Assembly: GCA_964535035.1 (NCBI GenBank)
Contig: CAZHRV010000081.1
Location: forward strand, 1-50,780
Length of the DNA stretch: 50,780 nucleotides
Direction of reading: 5' to 3'
Source: an uncultured Rikenellaceae bacterium
GTDB lineage: Bacteria > Bacteroidota > Bacteroidia > Bacteroidales > VadinHA17
Shown here: piece after piece, positions 40,626 through 49,841 of the stretch
Numbering within the stretch: position 1 is the first letter of the stretch
How the letters are laid out: each line of letters opens with the position of its first letter
Made by a program: the position numbers and the translations under genes
Notes under the pieces: generated by a model
The model's database searches: none
The model's input: the letters and a program-made list of their open reading frames with translations, nothing else
What the model was told of the DNA's origin: nothing

Positions 40626-43600
40626 ATGAGGGAATCTGTATTACTGGCATTGATCCATATTTTTGCGATTGTCTCGACAATTAATCCGGCAGGAATAACG
40701 TCACGGGGCAAAAAGATCCTTCGCAGCTATCTCCGCAGATATCTTAACAGGGAACTTGAGGAGGAGTATTTCGCCCTTTTTGAAAACAATCTTGAATTTT
40801 ATTCCAATGAATTAAAAAGCGTTGACAAAACAGAACTAGCTGACGAAGATTCTCTGATTGCGTTCCAGATTACGAACATATGCAGGCAGATAAAAAAGGG
40901 ACTCTTTCTGGAGGAGAGGATGATTGTATTTCTTCAGCTGATAGAGTTCGCTTTTGAAGATGGAATGATTACAGAACAGGAAAAAACCATCATTGACATT
41001 GTAGTCAGGACATTCAACATTTCGAAAAAAGAATATGATAATGCTTCTGCTTTTATGATAAGCAGAACATTTGATGAAATAACTCCTGAATGTATTCTGC
41101 TGATAGAGAGCGATAATCCTGAACATTCGGCCGCAGGCAGATATGAAAATTATGATAAATGGCACCATATCAGGATTAAAGGCTTCAAGGGGCATCTTTT
41201 TATTGTTCATATTGAAAGCACGGGTACTCTTCTTCTGACTTATGATGGTTCGCTGGCACTCTATTTCAAAGGAAGGGATATTATAGCCTACCGGCCCTAT
41301 TTACTTGAAAAGGGAGTTAATATAAAAGGACAGGGTATTGAACCTATTTACTATTCAAAGATCTTCAAAAAGTTTGTTTCCGGAAAATTCTCCGAAAAGA
41401 TAGTCTTTGAGGGTCATAATATCGAATACCAGTTTAAGAACTCTGATAATGGTGTTCAAAGAATGAATTTCAGGATTGAATCAGGTAACCTTATCGGTAT
41501 TATGGGAGGAAGCGGTGTTGGTAAAACCACAATGCTGAACCTCCTGAACGGAAAGATTAAACCTTCAGGCGGAGAACTCTATATAAACGGCTATAACATT
41601 CATTCCGATTATGAAGAAATTAAAGGGCTGATAGGTTATGTTCCGCAGGACGATATGCTTATTGAAGAACTGACTGTTTACCAGAATCTCTATTTTAATG
41701 CACGGCTCTGTTTTGGAGATTATACCGAGGAGCAGCTCAACACCACAGTGGAGAAATTATTAACCGACCTTGATTTGCTTGACATTAAGGATCTTCAGGT
41801 AGGTGATATCCTGAACAAGAAGGTGAGCGGAGGTCAGCGTAAGCGGCTCAATATCGGACTGGAGCTTATGCGCGAACCTGTTGTACTCTTTATTGATGAA
41901 CCCACATCCGGACTATCCTCATTCGATTCGGAAAAGGTGATGGATCTGATTAAAAACCAGTCACTGAGAGGGAAGCTCGTATTTGCAATTATTCACCAGC
42001 CCTCTTCAGATATTCTTAAGATGTTTGACCGGCTCTGGATCCTTGATAAGGGTGGTTACATGATATATGACGGTGACCCCGTTGAAGCTCTGGTCTATTT
42101 TAGAACAGAAACATCACAGGCAAATGCTGCAGAAAGCGAATGTCCCAACTGCGGAAACATAAAGACTGATAATGTACTGGAGATTATCGAGGTAAAAATT
42201 ATTGACAATGCCGGTTATCCCGGAAAAGAACGACAGGTCAGCCCAAAGGAATGGTACGAAAAGTACAGGAAAAAAATGATGCCTGTTACGGAAGAAAAAC
42301 CTGAAAAGGTGCCTGTCAAACCAGGTAAATACCGGGTGCCGTGCAAATCGGAACAGATAAAAACATTTATCAGACGCAACCTTATCCGTAAGCTTGCCGA
42401 TACGCAATATATGACCATTAACCTGCTTGAGGCTCCCCTGCTGGCATTAATACTCGGTTATATCTCGAAGTACAGCGGAAACGGAACATATTTGTTTTCG
42501 GATAATAAAAACTATCCAGTATTCCTGTTCATGTCAGTCGTTGTCGCCCTTTTTATTGGGCTGACAGTTAGTTCGGAAGAGATATTCCGTGACAGGAAAA
42601 TTCTGGAGAGGGAGAAATTTCTTAATCTTAGCAGGTTAAGCTACCTGGTGTCGAAAATCAATTTCCTTTTTACCCTGTCCGCAATCCAGACATTATCCTT
42701 TGTACTGGCCGCAAATGCCATCCTTGAGGTCAGAGGAATGCTGTTTCAGCAGTGGCTGATCCTCTTTTCAGCTGCTTGCTTCGGTAATCTCGTGGGATTA
42801 AATATTTCAGCCGGCATGCGGTCAGTTATAAGTATTTATATACTGATCCCGCTGATACTTGTACCGCAGCTTCTGCTGGGCGGTGCAATGATTAAGTTTG
42901 ATGAATTACACAAGTCGTTAAGCAGGAAGATTTATGTCCCTGTAATTGGAGACATAATGACAACACGATGGGCATATGAGGCTATAAGTGTTGAACAGTT
43001 CAAAAGCAACAGATTCGAAAAGCCTTTCTTCGAATATGACATGGAGCTTAGCCAGAATGAATGGTATGCTTCTTTCCTGATACCAACTCTCAGAGTAAAA
43101 GTAGATGAGTGCCTTGTAGCTGGCAGAAATCCCGAATATCGTGAGTACACGGAAAACAATTTCAGGAAGATCAATTATCATTTAAATGAACTCTCTGAAA
43201 TGTCGGGTGTAAAACCCGGAGACTGGATCAGCAGTGTAAATTATTCAAAATTCAATGATATTACTGGTGATGATGTAAAGCTGTTCCTCGACAGCCTGAA
43301 AGTTACTTTCAGGTTACAAAACAGGGAAATATCGCTTCAGCGAGATTCGTTATACAATTTAAAAACAAGTCAAATGGGCCATGATCAGTTTCTCAGGTTA
43401 AGAGAAACTGATTATAATGAAAGCCTTGCCGATATTGTGCTTAACAGACTGACTACAAGTAAGATATATGAGACTGACACCAGACTTATTCAGAAGGCCG
43501 ATCCTATTTTTATGCGGCCGGGCTCAAAATACGGGAGAGCACATTTTTTTGCCCCTTACAAGCTGCTGGGTAATATTAAAATAGAGACAATGATCTTTAA

Positions 43601-43739
43601 TGTTGCTGTTATCTGGATCATGACATTGTTCCTCTTTGTTACATTGTATTATAATGTTCTGAAACGTTTCTTACAATTTCTTGAAATCCAGCGATTACCA
43701 TTCTGGAGAAAATTCGGAAGGGAACTGCTTCAGATCTGA
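40626..43739 (+). CDS. ABCG/White-type half transporter (NBD-TMD) with N-terminal TerB-like domain and large extracytoplasmic domain
   Basis: Walker A GGSGVGKT, GYVPQDD, VSGGQRKR, FIDEPTSGLSS, IHQPS; C-terminal ABC-2 type TM helices; N-terminal EDGMITEQE helix pattern resembling TerB. Confidence 0.85.
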   Translation: MRESVLLALIHIFAIVSTINPAGITSRGKKILRSYLRRYLNRELEEEYFALFENNLEFYSNELKSVDKTELADEDSLIAFQITNICRQIKKGLFLEERMIVFLQLIEFAFEDGMITEQEKTIIDIVVRTFNISKKEYDNASAFMISRTFDEITPECILLIESDNPEHSAAGRYENYDKWHHIRIKGFKGHLFIVHIESTGTLLLTYDGSLALYFKGRDIIAYRPYLLEKGVNIKGQGIEPIYYSKIFKKFVSGKFSEKIVFEGHNIEYQFKNSDNGVQRMNFRIESGNLIGIMGGSGVGKTTMLNLLNGKIKPSGGELYINGYNIHSDYEEIKGLIGYVPQDDMLIEELTVYQNLYFNARLCFGDYTEEQLNTTVEKLLTDLDLLDIKDLQVGDILNKKVSGGQRKRLNIGLELMREPVVLFIDEPTSGLSSFDSEKVMDLIKNQSLRGKLVFAIIHQPSSDILKMFDRLWILDKGGYMIYDGDPVEALVYFRTETSQANAAESECPNCGNIKTDNVLEIIEVKIIDNAGYPGKERQVSPKEWYEKYRKKMMPVTEEKPEKVPVKPGKYRVPCKSEQIKTFIRRNLIRKLADTQYMTINLLEAPLLALILGYISKYSGNGTYLFSDNKNYPVFLFMSVVVALFIGLTVSSEEIFRDRKILEREKFLNLSRLSYLVSKINFLFTLSAIQTLSFVLAANAILEVRGMLFQQWLILFSAACFGNLVGLNISAGMRSVISIYILIPLILVPQLLLGGAMIKFDELHKSLSRKIYVPVIGDIMTTRWAYEAISVEQFKSNRFEKPFFEYDMELSQNEWYASFLIPTLRVKVDECLVAGRNPEYREYTENNFRKINYHLNELSEMSGVKPGDWISSVNYSKFNDITGDDVKLFLDSLKVTFRLQNREISLQRDSLYNLKTSQMGHDQFLRLRETDYNESLADIVLNRLTTSKIYETDTRLIQKADPIFMRPGSKYGRAHFFAPYKLLGNIKIETMIFNVAVIWIMTLFLFVTLYYNVLKRFLQFLEIQRLPFWRKFGRELLQI

Positions 43740-43741
43740 AA

Positions 43742-44518
43742 ATGGTAAATCCTAAAAAAAATCTTGGCCAGCATTTCCTTAAAGACAGGGACATTGCACG
43801 GAGAATAGCCGACACTCTTTCCGGTTCAGCTTACTCATCTGTTCTGGAGATAGGCCCTGGAACAGGCATTCTGACACGATTTCTTATAAACAGGCAATTC
43901 CCTGATTTCAGGGTCATTGAAATAGATAATGAATCAGCATATTACCTTAAAAAAAACTTCCCGGATCTTAAAGAAATTATAAGGGGCGATTTCCTGGTGA
44001 TGGATATCGATCAGTATTTCCCTGATAAGCTGGCAGTTATAGGTAATTTCCCATATAATATCTCATCTCAGATCCTGTTCAAAGTACTTGACCACAGGGA
44101 TAAGATCATTGAAATATGCGGTATGTTTCAAAAAGAGGTTGCTGAGAGAATTTGCTCTCCCCCGGGTTCAAAAGTATACGGAATTCTGAGTGTTATGCTG
44201 CAGGCTTTTTACACTCCGGAATATCTTTTTACAGTTCCTGAACATGTTTTTTCTCCTCCCCCAAAAGTAAAATCTGGTGTGATACGGCTTACGCGAAACA
44301 GTATAAGGGAACTCGGATGTGATGAATCACTGTTTCAGAAGGTTATCAAAGCCAGCTTTAATCAGAGGAGAAAAACTCTCAGAAATTCTGTTAAAACGGC
44401 ATTTAACCTGAAAAGGGAAGATTACAAGGATTTTGGATTAAGGCCCGAGCAGTTATCTGTTGAACATTTTATTGAGCTTACAAATTGGATTGAAGAAAAC
44501 AGGATTTTACCCGAATGA
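43742..44518 (+). CDS. rsmA: 16S rRNA m6,2A dimethyltransferase
   Basis: PKKNLGQHFL, LEIGPGTG, GNFPYNISS, FNQRRKTL. Confidence 0.97.
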   Translation: MVNPKKNLGQHFLKDRDIARRIADTLSGSAYSSVLEIGPGTGILTRFLINRQFPDFRVIEIDNESAYYLKKNFPDLKEIIRGDFLVMDIDQYFPDKLAVIGNFPYNISSQILFKVLDHRDKIIEICGMFQKEVAERICSPPGSKVYGILSVMLQAFYTPEYLFTVPEHVFSPPPKVKSGVIRLTRNSIRELGCDESLFQKVIKASFNQRRKTLRNSVKTAFNLKREDYKDFGLRPEQLSVEHFIELTNWIEENRILPE

Positions 44519-45757
44519 GTAGCCTATTGCATCAACAGGATTCATCCTGGAAGCTGAATAGGCAGGGGCATAACCGGCAATAATCCCTATTAATCCTGAA
44601 ATAAAGATTGCCAGCATTGCATTTGCAAAGGTAAGATGCATATTAAGCTCCCAGAGGTAGTTTATAACAAGAGTTGCAATCAAAATAAGGACAACACCAA
44701 TCAGCCCTCCGGCAATTGAAAGCAACACCGATTCTGTCAGAAACTGCTGTAGTATGAAAAAGCGTTTTGCCCCAAGAGCTTTCTGAATGCCTATTATATT
44801 TGTCCTTTCCCTGACCGAAACGAACATGATGTTGGCAATCCCGAACCCACCTACAAGGATAGCAAATCCCCCGATGATCCAGCCTCCGATATTTATTCCG
44901 GTAAATACCGAATCAAAGCCCTGGGTCAGCAGGCTTGCCTTATTTAAAGAGAAATTGGATTTCTCCCCCGGATGAAGTCTGCGAGCAGCCCTCAGAATCA
45001 TGGTTACCTCATCACTGAGCTCCTGAACCGGAACACCCTCTTTACTCTTTATCATTATGTTGGATCCAAGGAAGGGATTACGCATGTTAATGAAGTTACG
45101 TGCAAAATTTATCGGAACAAGTGTCATCTCATCCATTCCGTTGTCACTTATCCCTCCTTTACCCTCTTTTTTAAAGACTCCGATCACATTCGTTTTATGA
45201 CCGGCAATTGAGATCTCTTTGCCAACAGGATTTATCCCTTCAAAAAGCCTGTCAGCAACCTCATATCCTACTATCGCAACATTCTTTCCTGAAGCTGACT
45301 CTTCAGGAGTAAAATATCTGCCAGTCTCTATTTCAAATGACCTGAGTTCGTCAAATTCATGAGTGGATGCCCAGATGTATGCATTATTTGCCTGGGTTTT
45401 TCTATAGCGGATTGATTCTGCTTCAGTGACTGAAAAACAGGTTGCCTCGGCCTTGGTTGACCTTCTGAGTAAAGCTTCATAATCCTTTAGCGACACCACA
45501 GGCCATTTGATGATATCCCACCACTCAATGTTGGGATCAAATGACCATGGGAATTTCTGTACATAAATTATATTATCTCCAAGGGTTGCAATAGAATCAC
45601 GAATCGCTTTTTCCAGCCAGTCAAGAACAGTAAATACCGAGATGATCGAAAATATCCCGATTGTAATGCCAAATAACGACAGGAAAGTTCTTAACTTATT
45701 AACAAGGAATGAGTTAGCAGCGTACAGAATACCTTCTTTAAATAACCTGAAAAACAT
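44507..45757 (-). CDS. MacB/FtsX-family ABC permease (no fused ATPase)
   Basis: NKLRTFLSLFGITIGI, GRYF, LVGGFGIANIMFVSVRERT.IIG..KALGA, PA..ASRMNP. Confidence 0.9.
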   Translation of the reverse strand: MFFRLFKEGILYAANSFLVNKLRTFLSLFGITIGIFSIISVFTVLDWLEKAIRDSIATLGDNIIYVQKFPWSFDPNIEWWDIIKWPVVSLKDYEALLRRSTKAEATCFSVTEAESIRYRKTQANNAYIWASTHEFDELRSFEIETGRYFTPEESASGKNVAIVGYEVADRLFEGINPVGKEISIAGHKTNVIGVFKKEGKGGISDNGMDEMTLVPINFARNFINMRNPFLGSNIMIKSKEGVPVQELSDEVTMILRAARRLHPGEKSNFSLNKASLLTQGFDSVFTGINIGGWIIGGFAILVGGFGIANIMFVSVRERTNIIGIQKALGAKRFFILQQFLTESVLLSIAGGLIGVVLILIATLVINYLWELNMHLTFANAMLAIFISGLIGIIAGYAPAYSASRMNPVDAIGYSFG

Positions 45758-45786
45758 CTTTTTAACTAAAGAAATTTATCGAGCCT

Positions 45787-45794
45787 CAAAGATA
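45787..45794 (-). promoter_or_regulatory. Bacteroidota -7 element upstream of permease
   Basis: TATCTTTG on minus strand. Confidence 0.55.
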
Positions 45795-45928
45795 AGAAAA
45801 AAGAATGCTCATGACCAATTAATTCTCTGTTGCAGATATTCATGATGCTTATTTATTGAGGTTAACAAAAAAATATATATTTTTAATCGCCAGGATTTCA
45901 AGGATCTGACAATCATAATCATCAGATA

Positions 45929-47452
45929 ATGAGAGATAAAAGAATCAAAAGTGCTTTAGTTTCAGTTTATTATAAGGAAGGTCTGGACGATATAATCAGG
46001 ACTCTGCATAATCTGAATGTTAAAATATATTCAACAGGAGGTACTTTTAGTTACATTAAAGATCTGGATATTCCTGCGGATAAGGTTGAGGATCTTACTA
46101 CATATCCATCAATCCTCGGAGGCAGGGTCAAAACACTTCATCCATCAGTTTTCGGTGGTATTCTTGCACGAAGGGAGAATACTCAGGATATGGAGCAGAT
46201 GGCAAAGTATAAGATACCCGAAATAGACCTGGTAATTGTCGATCTTTATCCATTCGAAGAAACGGTAAGCAGCACTAATGATGAGAATGAAATAATTGAA
46301 AAGATAGATATCGGAGGTATATCTTTAATCAGAGCAGCAGCAAAAAACTATAACAATGTACTCATCATCTCCAACAGGGAACAATACCCTGACCTCCTGA
46401 AGATTCTGCAGGAGAAGAAGGGTATTACAACGCTCCGGGAAAGAAAACTTTTTGCTGCCCATTCATTTAAAACCTCATCAAATTACGATACGGCAATTTT
46501 CAGGTATTTCAACAGGGAGGCAGGGATCCAGGCTTTCAGGGAAAGTATAGATAAGGTATATCCTCTCAGGTATGGGGAAAATCCTCACCAGAAAGGGATA
46601 TTCTTCGGCGATCCGGGCAAGCTGTTTGATAAGCTCCACGGAAAAGAAATATCATATAATAACCTGCTGGATATAGAATCTGCCTTTAATCTGATCGATG
46701 AATTTCCTGATACAACGGTATTAATAATCAAACATAACAATGCCTGCGGGGCAGCCTCGAGGGACAATATCAGAGAGGCCTGGCAAGCAGCCCTGGCATG
46801 CGATCCTGTTTCAGCCTTTGGAGGTATCATTGCAATTAACAGGACTGTTGATGAGATATCTGCAGCCGAAATGGGTAAAATATTCTTCGAAATAATCATT
46901 GCACCCAAATACACACAACCGGCGCTGGAAATTCTCAAACAGAAGAAAAACAGGATCATCCTTGAAAGGAAAGAACAGCAAAAGAACCTGTACGGTTACA
47001 GATCATTACTGAATGGCGTTTTATGGCAGGAAAAAGACAACAGCAGCGAATCGGAAAAAGACATGAGACCTGTTACACCCAGGGTTCCGGAACCCTCTGA
47101 ATTTAGAGATCTTGTCTTCGCAAATAAAATTGTAAAGCACAGTAAATCAAATACCATTGTTCTTGCCAGGGATAACCAGCTTTGTGCAAGCGGTGTTGGT
47201 CAAACCTCAAGGGTTGATGCTCTGAAGCAGGCAATTGAAAAGGCAAGAGCATTCGGATTCGACCTGAAGGGATCAGTGATGGCATCCGATGCCTTCTTTC
47301 CTTTCAGCGATAGTGTGGAAATTGCACATAAGGCAGGTATAACTGCTGTAATACAACCCGGGGGATCAGTGCGCGACCAGGAATCAATTGATTACTGTTC
47401 GTCGAACGAAATGGCAATGGTATTTACAGGAATAAGGCATTTTAAACATTAA
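45929..47452 (+). CDS. purH: AICAR transformylase / IMP cyclohydrolase
   Basis: ALVSV, GRVKTLHP, IDIGG, LRYGENPHQ, ASDAFFPF, QPGGS, RHFKH. Confidence 0.98.
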   Translation: MRDKRIKSALVSVYYKEGLDDIIRTLHNLNVKIYSTGGTFSYIKDLDIPADKVEDLTTYPSILGGRVKTLHPSVFGGILARRENTQDMEQMAKYKIPEIDLVIVDLYPFEETVSSTNDENEIIEKIDIGGISLIRAAAKNYNNVLIISNREQYPDLLKILQEKKGITTLRERKLFAAHSFKTSSNYDTAIFRYFNREAGIQAFRESIDKVYPLRYGENPHQKGIFFGDPGKLFDKLHGKEISYNNLLDIESAFNLIDEFPDTTVLIIKHNNACGAASRDNIREAWQAALACDPVSAFGGIIAINRTVDEISAAEMGKIFFEIIIAPKYTQPALEILKQKKNRIILERKEQQKNLYGYRSLLNGVLWQEKDNSSESEKDMRPVTPRVPEPSEFRDLVFANKIVKHSKSNTIVLARDNQLCASGVGQTSRVDALKQAIEKARAFGFDLKGSVMASDAFFPFSDSVEIAHKAGITAVIQPGGSVRDQESIDYCSSNEMAMVFTGIRHFKH

Positions 47453-47469
47453 ACTATTATTATCATTAA

Positions 47470-48492
47470 ATGGGACTCTTTTCATTTTTAACACAGGAGA
47501 TTGCTATTGATCTCGGAACAGCAAATACTATTATTATTCACAATGATAAGATTGTTGTGGATGAACCATCTATAGTAGCAATAGACAAAAACACGGGAAG
47601 GCTTATAGCAATAGGAGAAGCAGCAAGGCAGATGCATGGTAAAACACATGAGAACATAAAAACAATCAGACCGATGAAAGATGGCGTGATTGCAGATTTT
47701 AATGCTGCCGAGCTGATGATAAGAGGAATGATCAAAATGATTAACAGGGGTCCGCGTTTCTTTTCTCCATCCCTGAAGATGGTGGTGTGTATCCCGTCAG
47801 GAAGTACAGAGGTTGAAATACGTGCAGTTCGCGATTCTTCCGAGCATGCCGGGGGCAGGGATGTTTATATGATCTATGAACCTATGGCTGCAGCTATCGG
47901 GATCGGACTTGATGTGGAGGCCCCTGAAGGTTTTATGTTAATAGATATTGGAGGAGGTACAACCGAAATAGCTGTAATTGCCCTGGGCGGTATTGTATGC
48001 AACAAATCAATAAGGATCGCAGGTGATGGCTTTACAGCTGATATTCAGGCTTACATGCGGCACCAGCATAATATCAAAATTGGCGAAAAAACTGCTGAAG
48101 ATATTAAAATAGGTGTAGGAGCAGCCCTTCCGGACATCGATGATCCACCAGCCGATTATATTGTCAGGGGGCCAAATATAATGACTGCCCTGCCTATTGA
48201 AATACCTATTTCATACCAGGAGATTGCCTATTGCCTGGATAAATCACTATCAAAGGTTGAGGCAGCGCTTTTAAATGTGCTTGAGCAAACACCTCCGGAG
48301 CTCTACGCAGATGTGGTGAACAAAGGAATATACATGGTTGGCGGAGGAGCTCTGTTGAGAGGTCTGGATAGGAGATTTACAGATAAGATAAATATTAAGT
48401 TCAATGTTGTTGAGGATCCCCTTCATGCTGTTGCACGCGGCACAGGTGTGGCTCTAAAAAATGTTGACAAATTTCCGTTCCTCATGAGGTAA
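47470..48492 (+). CDS. mreB: Rod shape-determining protein MreB
   Basis: IDLGTANT, RPMKDGVIADF, DIGGGTTE, GGGALL. Confidence 0.98.
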   Translation: MGLFSFLTQEIAIDLGTANTIIIHNDKIVVDEPSIVAIDKNTGRLIAIGEAARQMHGKTHENIKTIRPMKDGVIADFNAAELMIRGMIKMINRGPRFFSPSLKMVVCIPSGSTEVEIRAVRDSSEHAGGRDVYMIYEPMAAAIGIGLDVEAPEGFMLIDIGGGTTEIAVIALGGIVCNKSIRIAGDGFTADIQAYMRHQHNIKIGEKTAEDIKIGVGAALPDIDDPPADYIVRGPNIMTALPIEIPISYQEIAYCLDKSLSKVEAALLNVLEQTPPELYADVVNKGIYMVGGGALLRGLDRRFTDKINIKFNVVEDPLHAVARGTGVALKNVDKFPFLMR

Positions 48493-48505
48493 TTTAACAA
48501 TGTGA

Positions 48506-49327
48506 ATGAGAAACCTGCTGAATTTTCTGGCGAAGTATAACAACCTGATAATCTTCCTTATACTTGAAGGGATTGCACTTTATCTGCTCAGTACGGGTAA
48601 TAATTATCACAACACACGGGTGGTAAAAGGGATGCGCGGTATTACAAGGGGAGTGGAACAGAGAATCAACAACACAAAATCATATTTCAGACTAAAGGAA
48701 ATAAACCAGGAGCTTGCAGCAGAAAACACTTCACTTAAAAGTACTCTGGAGAATCTGAAAAATAAAGAAGACCTGCTTTTTTTTTCTGTTTCCGATACAG
48801 TATACCGGCAACAATACACATATTCTTTAGCCAGGGTTATTGATAATTCTGTAAATAAACAGAAAAACTACTTTACAATCAATAAGGGGGGAAAGCATGG
48901 TTTATCAGTTGACATGGCAGTAACTTCGGCTGAAGGTATCGCCGGTGTTATAGTGGGCTGCTCCGAAAACTTCTCTGTTGTCATGTCGCTTCTGAACCTT
49001 GACTTCAGGATCAGCGCAAGAATTAAATCAAACGGGTATTTCGGGTCATTAAACTGGGATGGCCGTAACTATAAATATGCAGTGCTGAGTGAGATACCAC
49101 AACATGTGCCTGTCAGTGTGGGAGATACAATTGAAACAACAGGTTTCTCCGCAATCTTTCCTGAAGGGATAATAATAGGAACAGTGAGCGATTTTGAAAA
49201 TCCGGGAGGAGATTTTTATAAAATTGAAGTCTTGCTAAATGCAGATTTCAAAAGACTTCATTTTGTGAATGTGATCGGGAATATGCAGAAAGCAGAACAG
49301 CTTCAACTTGAAAATACATTTCAATGA
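48506..49327 (+). CDS. mreC: Rod shape-determining protein MreC
   Basis: TM segment + coiled coil, INKG, TTGFSAIFPEG; operon position. Confidence 0.94.
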   Translation: MRNLLNFLAKYNNLIIFLILEGIALYLLSTGNNYHNTRVVKGMRGITRGVEQRINNTKSYFRLKEINQELAAENTSLKSTLENLKNKEDLLFFSVSDTVYRQQYTYSLARVIDNSVNKQKNYFTINKGGKHGLSVDMAVTSAEGIAGVIVGCSENFSVVMSLLNLDFRISARIKSNGYFGSLNWDGRNYKYAVLSEIPQHVPVSVGDTIETTGFSAIFPEGIIIGTVSDFENPGGDFYKIEVLLNADFKRLHFVNVIGNMQKAEQLQLENTFQ

Positions 49328-49830
49328 TCAATTCGATTTTAAGATATGGTCTGATATTTATTATACTGATGCTTCTGCAGGTTTTGTTGTTCAATAATAT
49401 AGAATTCAGTGGTTATGTAAACCCTTATATTTATATTATGTTCATCTTGCTCCTTCCTTGTGAGATATCGTCATGGATGCTGCTTATTATTGCATTTTTC
49501 ACGGGGCTTACTGTTGACCTGTTCTGCGGCTCTCCGGGCATGCATGCATCAGCAACGGTTCTTGCAGGATTTGTCCGTCCCCATGTTATGAGATTAATTT
49601 CACCCAGGGATGGTTATGAGCCTGGTTCTGATCCTTCGATGATCATTTACGGATTCAAATGGTTCCTGATTTATACATTAATTATAGTCCTGATTCATCA
49701 TACAGCCTTGTTTTATCTCGAGGTTTTCCGTCTTACTGACTTCTTCCGGACACTGTTAAGAGTTATATTAAGTTCTCTTTTCTCGGTAACCTTTATTATT
49801 CTCCTGGAATATACCAGGAAAGGGAAATAA
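49324..49830 (+). CDS. mreD: Rod shape-determining protein MreD
   Basis: Hydrophobic, FFTGLTVDLF...PGMHA; lies between mreC and mrdA. Confidence 0.9.
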   Translation: MINSILRYGLIFIILMLLQVLLFNNIEFSGYVNPYIYIMFILLLPCEISSWMLLIIAFFTGLTVDLFCGSPGMHASATVLAGFVRPHVMRLISPRDGYEPGSDPSMIIYGFKWFLIYTLIIVLIHHTALFYLEVFRLTDFFRTLLRVILSSLFSVTFIILLEYTRKGK

Positions 49831-49841
49831 ATAAAAGGCTC

